Shown here: piece after piece, positions 63,471-64,000 of the stretch | Numbering within the stretch: position 1 is the stretch's first letter | Layout: every line of letters starts with the position of its first letter | DNA from: Tubulanus polymorphus | Lineage: Eukaryota > Animalia > Nemertea | DNA: 64,000 nt | Assembly (NCBI RefSeq): GCF_964204645.1 | Contig: NC_134033.1 | Span: forward strand, 9,184,655 to 9,248,654 | Reading direction: 5' to 3' | The notes under the pieces: model-generated | What the model saw: the letters and a program-made list of their open reading frames with translations, nothing else | Database searches by the model: none | What the model was told of the DNA's origin: nothing | Translations under genes and position numbers: made by a program

Positions 63471-64000
63471 AATCAGATTTACACAATACATTATACAAGT
63501 TGTTCAGTCATTTCTTCTAATACATCATTTGATTTCTATAAATACAATTTATAATTACAAACATTTTTTCAATTGCTGGTAAATATTTAACTACATCAAC
63601 AAATGTTAAACTTAATCATTGGAGTCTTAATGTTTTTGAAATTCTTATATAGTTTCTTCGTTGATCTTTTGGTGTTTCTTGTGTTAATTTCTATTGGTTC
63701 GATATCCATTGCTGTTGATTCCTCAGGCAGAAAGAGTATCTTGAGTTTCTCTATCGCTTCTTGATGTGTATGACTTTTTATTAATCTAAAAGATATTAGC
63801 GGTAACTCTAACTATCTAAAAGATATACTAAATACGCTTAAATATATCTAAAGGTTTCATATTTAATAGCCCTAATAACTACAACAAACAGTACTTACAT
63901 TTAGATTTATAATTGTATACTATAAACTCCTTATTTCGTTTCGAAAGATAGAATATCCTGAGCACAATATTACAGCGTATATCCATTTCCGGGGTGATTT

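Larger units (their letters stand above)
46456..63800. mobile_element. Endogenous Polinton/Maverick-like virus (element 2); right end not seen
   Basis: pPolB, integrase, packaging ATPase and capsid-like genes in two convergent, intronless, AT-rich blocks. Confidence 0.93.

Noticed and set aside
46804-63800. Bacteriophage or contaminant contig
   Set aside because: No Shine-Dalgarno pattern, eukaryotic chromodomain integrase, and a direct junction with an animal-type repeat

Overview
Eukaryotic (animal-like, probably invertebrate; species not determinable) repeat-dense window with no recognisable host gene. It contains: (i) two related but divergent endogenous Polinton/Maverick-like viruses, a decayed relic at 1-~3830 and a nearly complete, very AT-rich, intronless element at ~46456->63800 (pPolB with an endonuclease VII-like insert, penton-like and major capsid-like proteins, a block of membrane proteins, packaging ATPase, chromodomain integrase, HNH endonuclease; no maturation protease visible); (ii) a nest in which a Tc1/pogo-type MITE (17301-33450) holds a full-length Gypsy element with a chromodomain integrase and a baculovirus-F-type env (17730-32596), whose env is interrupted by a Gmr1-like Gypsy (18744-24071); (iii) a second nest in which a Helentron-type HINE holds another HINE holding a Mag-clade Gypsy (35573-44090); (iv) MITEs, a DIRS remnant and satellites. 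The most notable signal: 14 of 16 genes of the large Polinton-like element start in TAAATG, preceded by a fixed-spacing T-tract or A-tract. This resembles poxvirus late/intermediate promoters and suggests a virophage-like element that depends on a cytoplasmic helper virus (inference).
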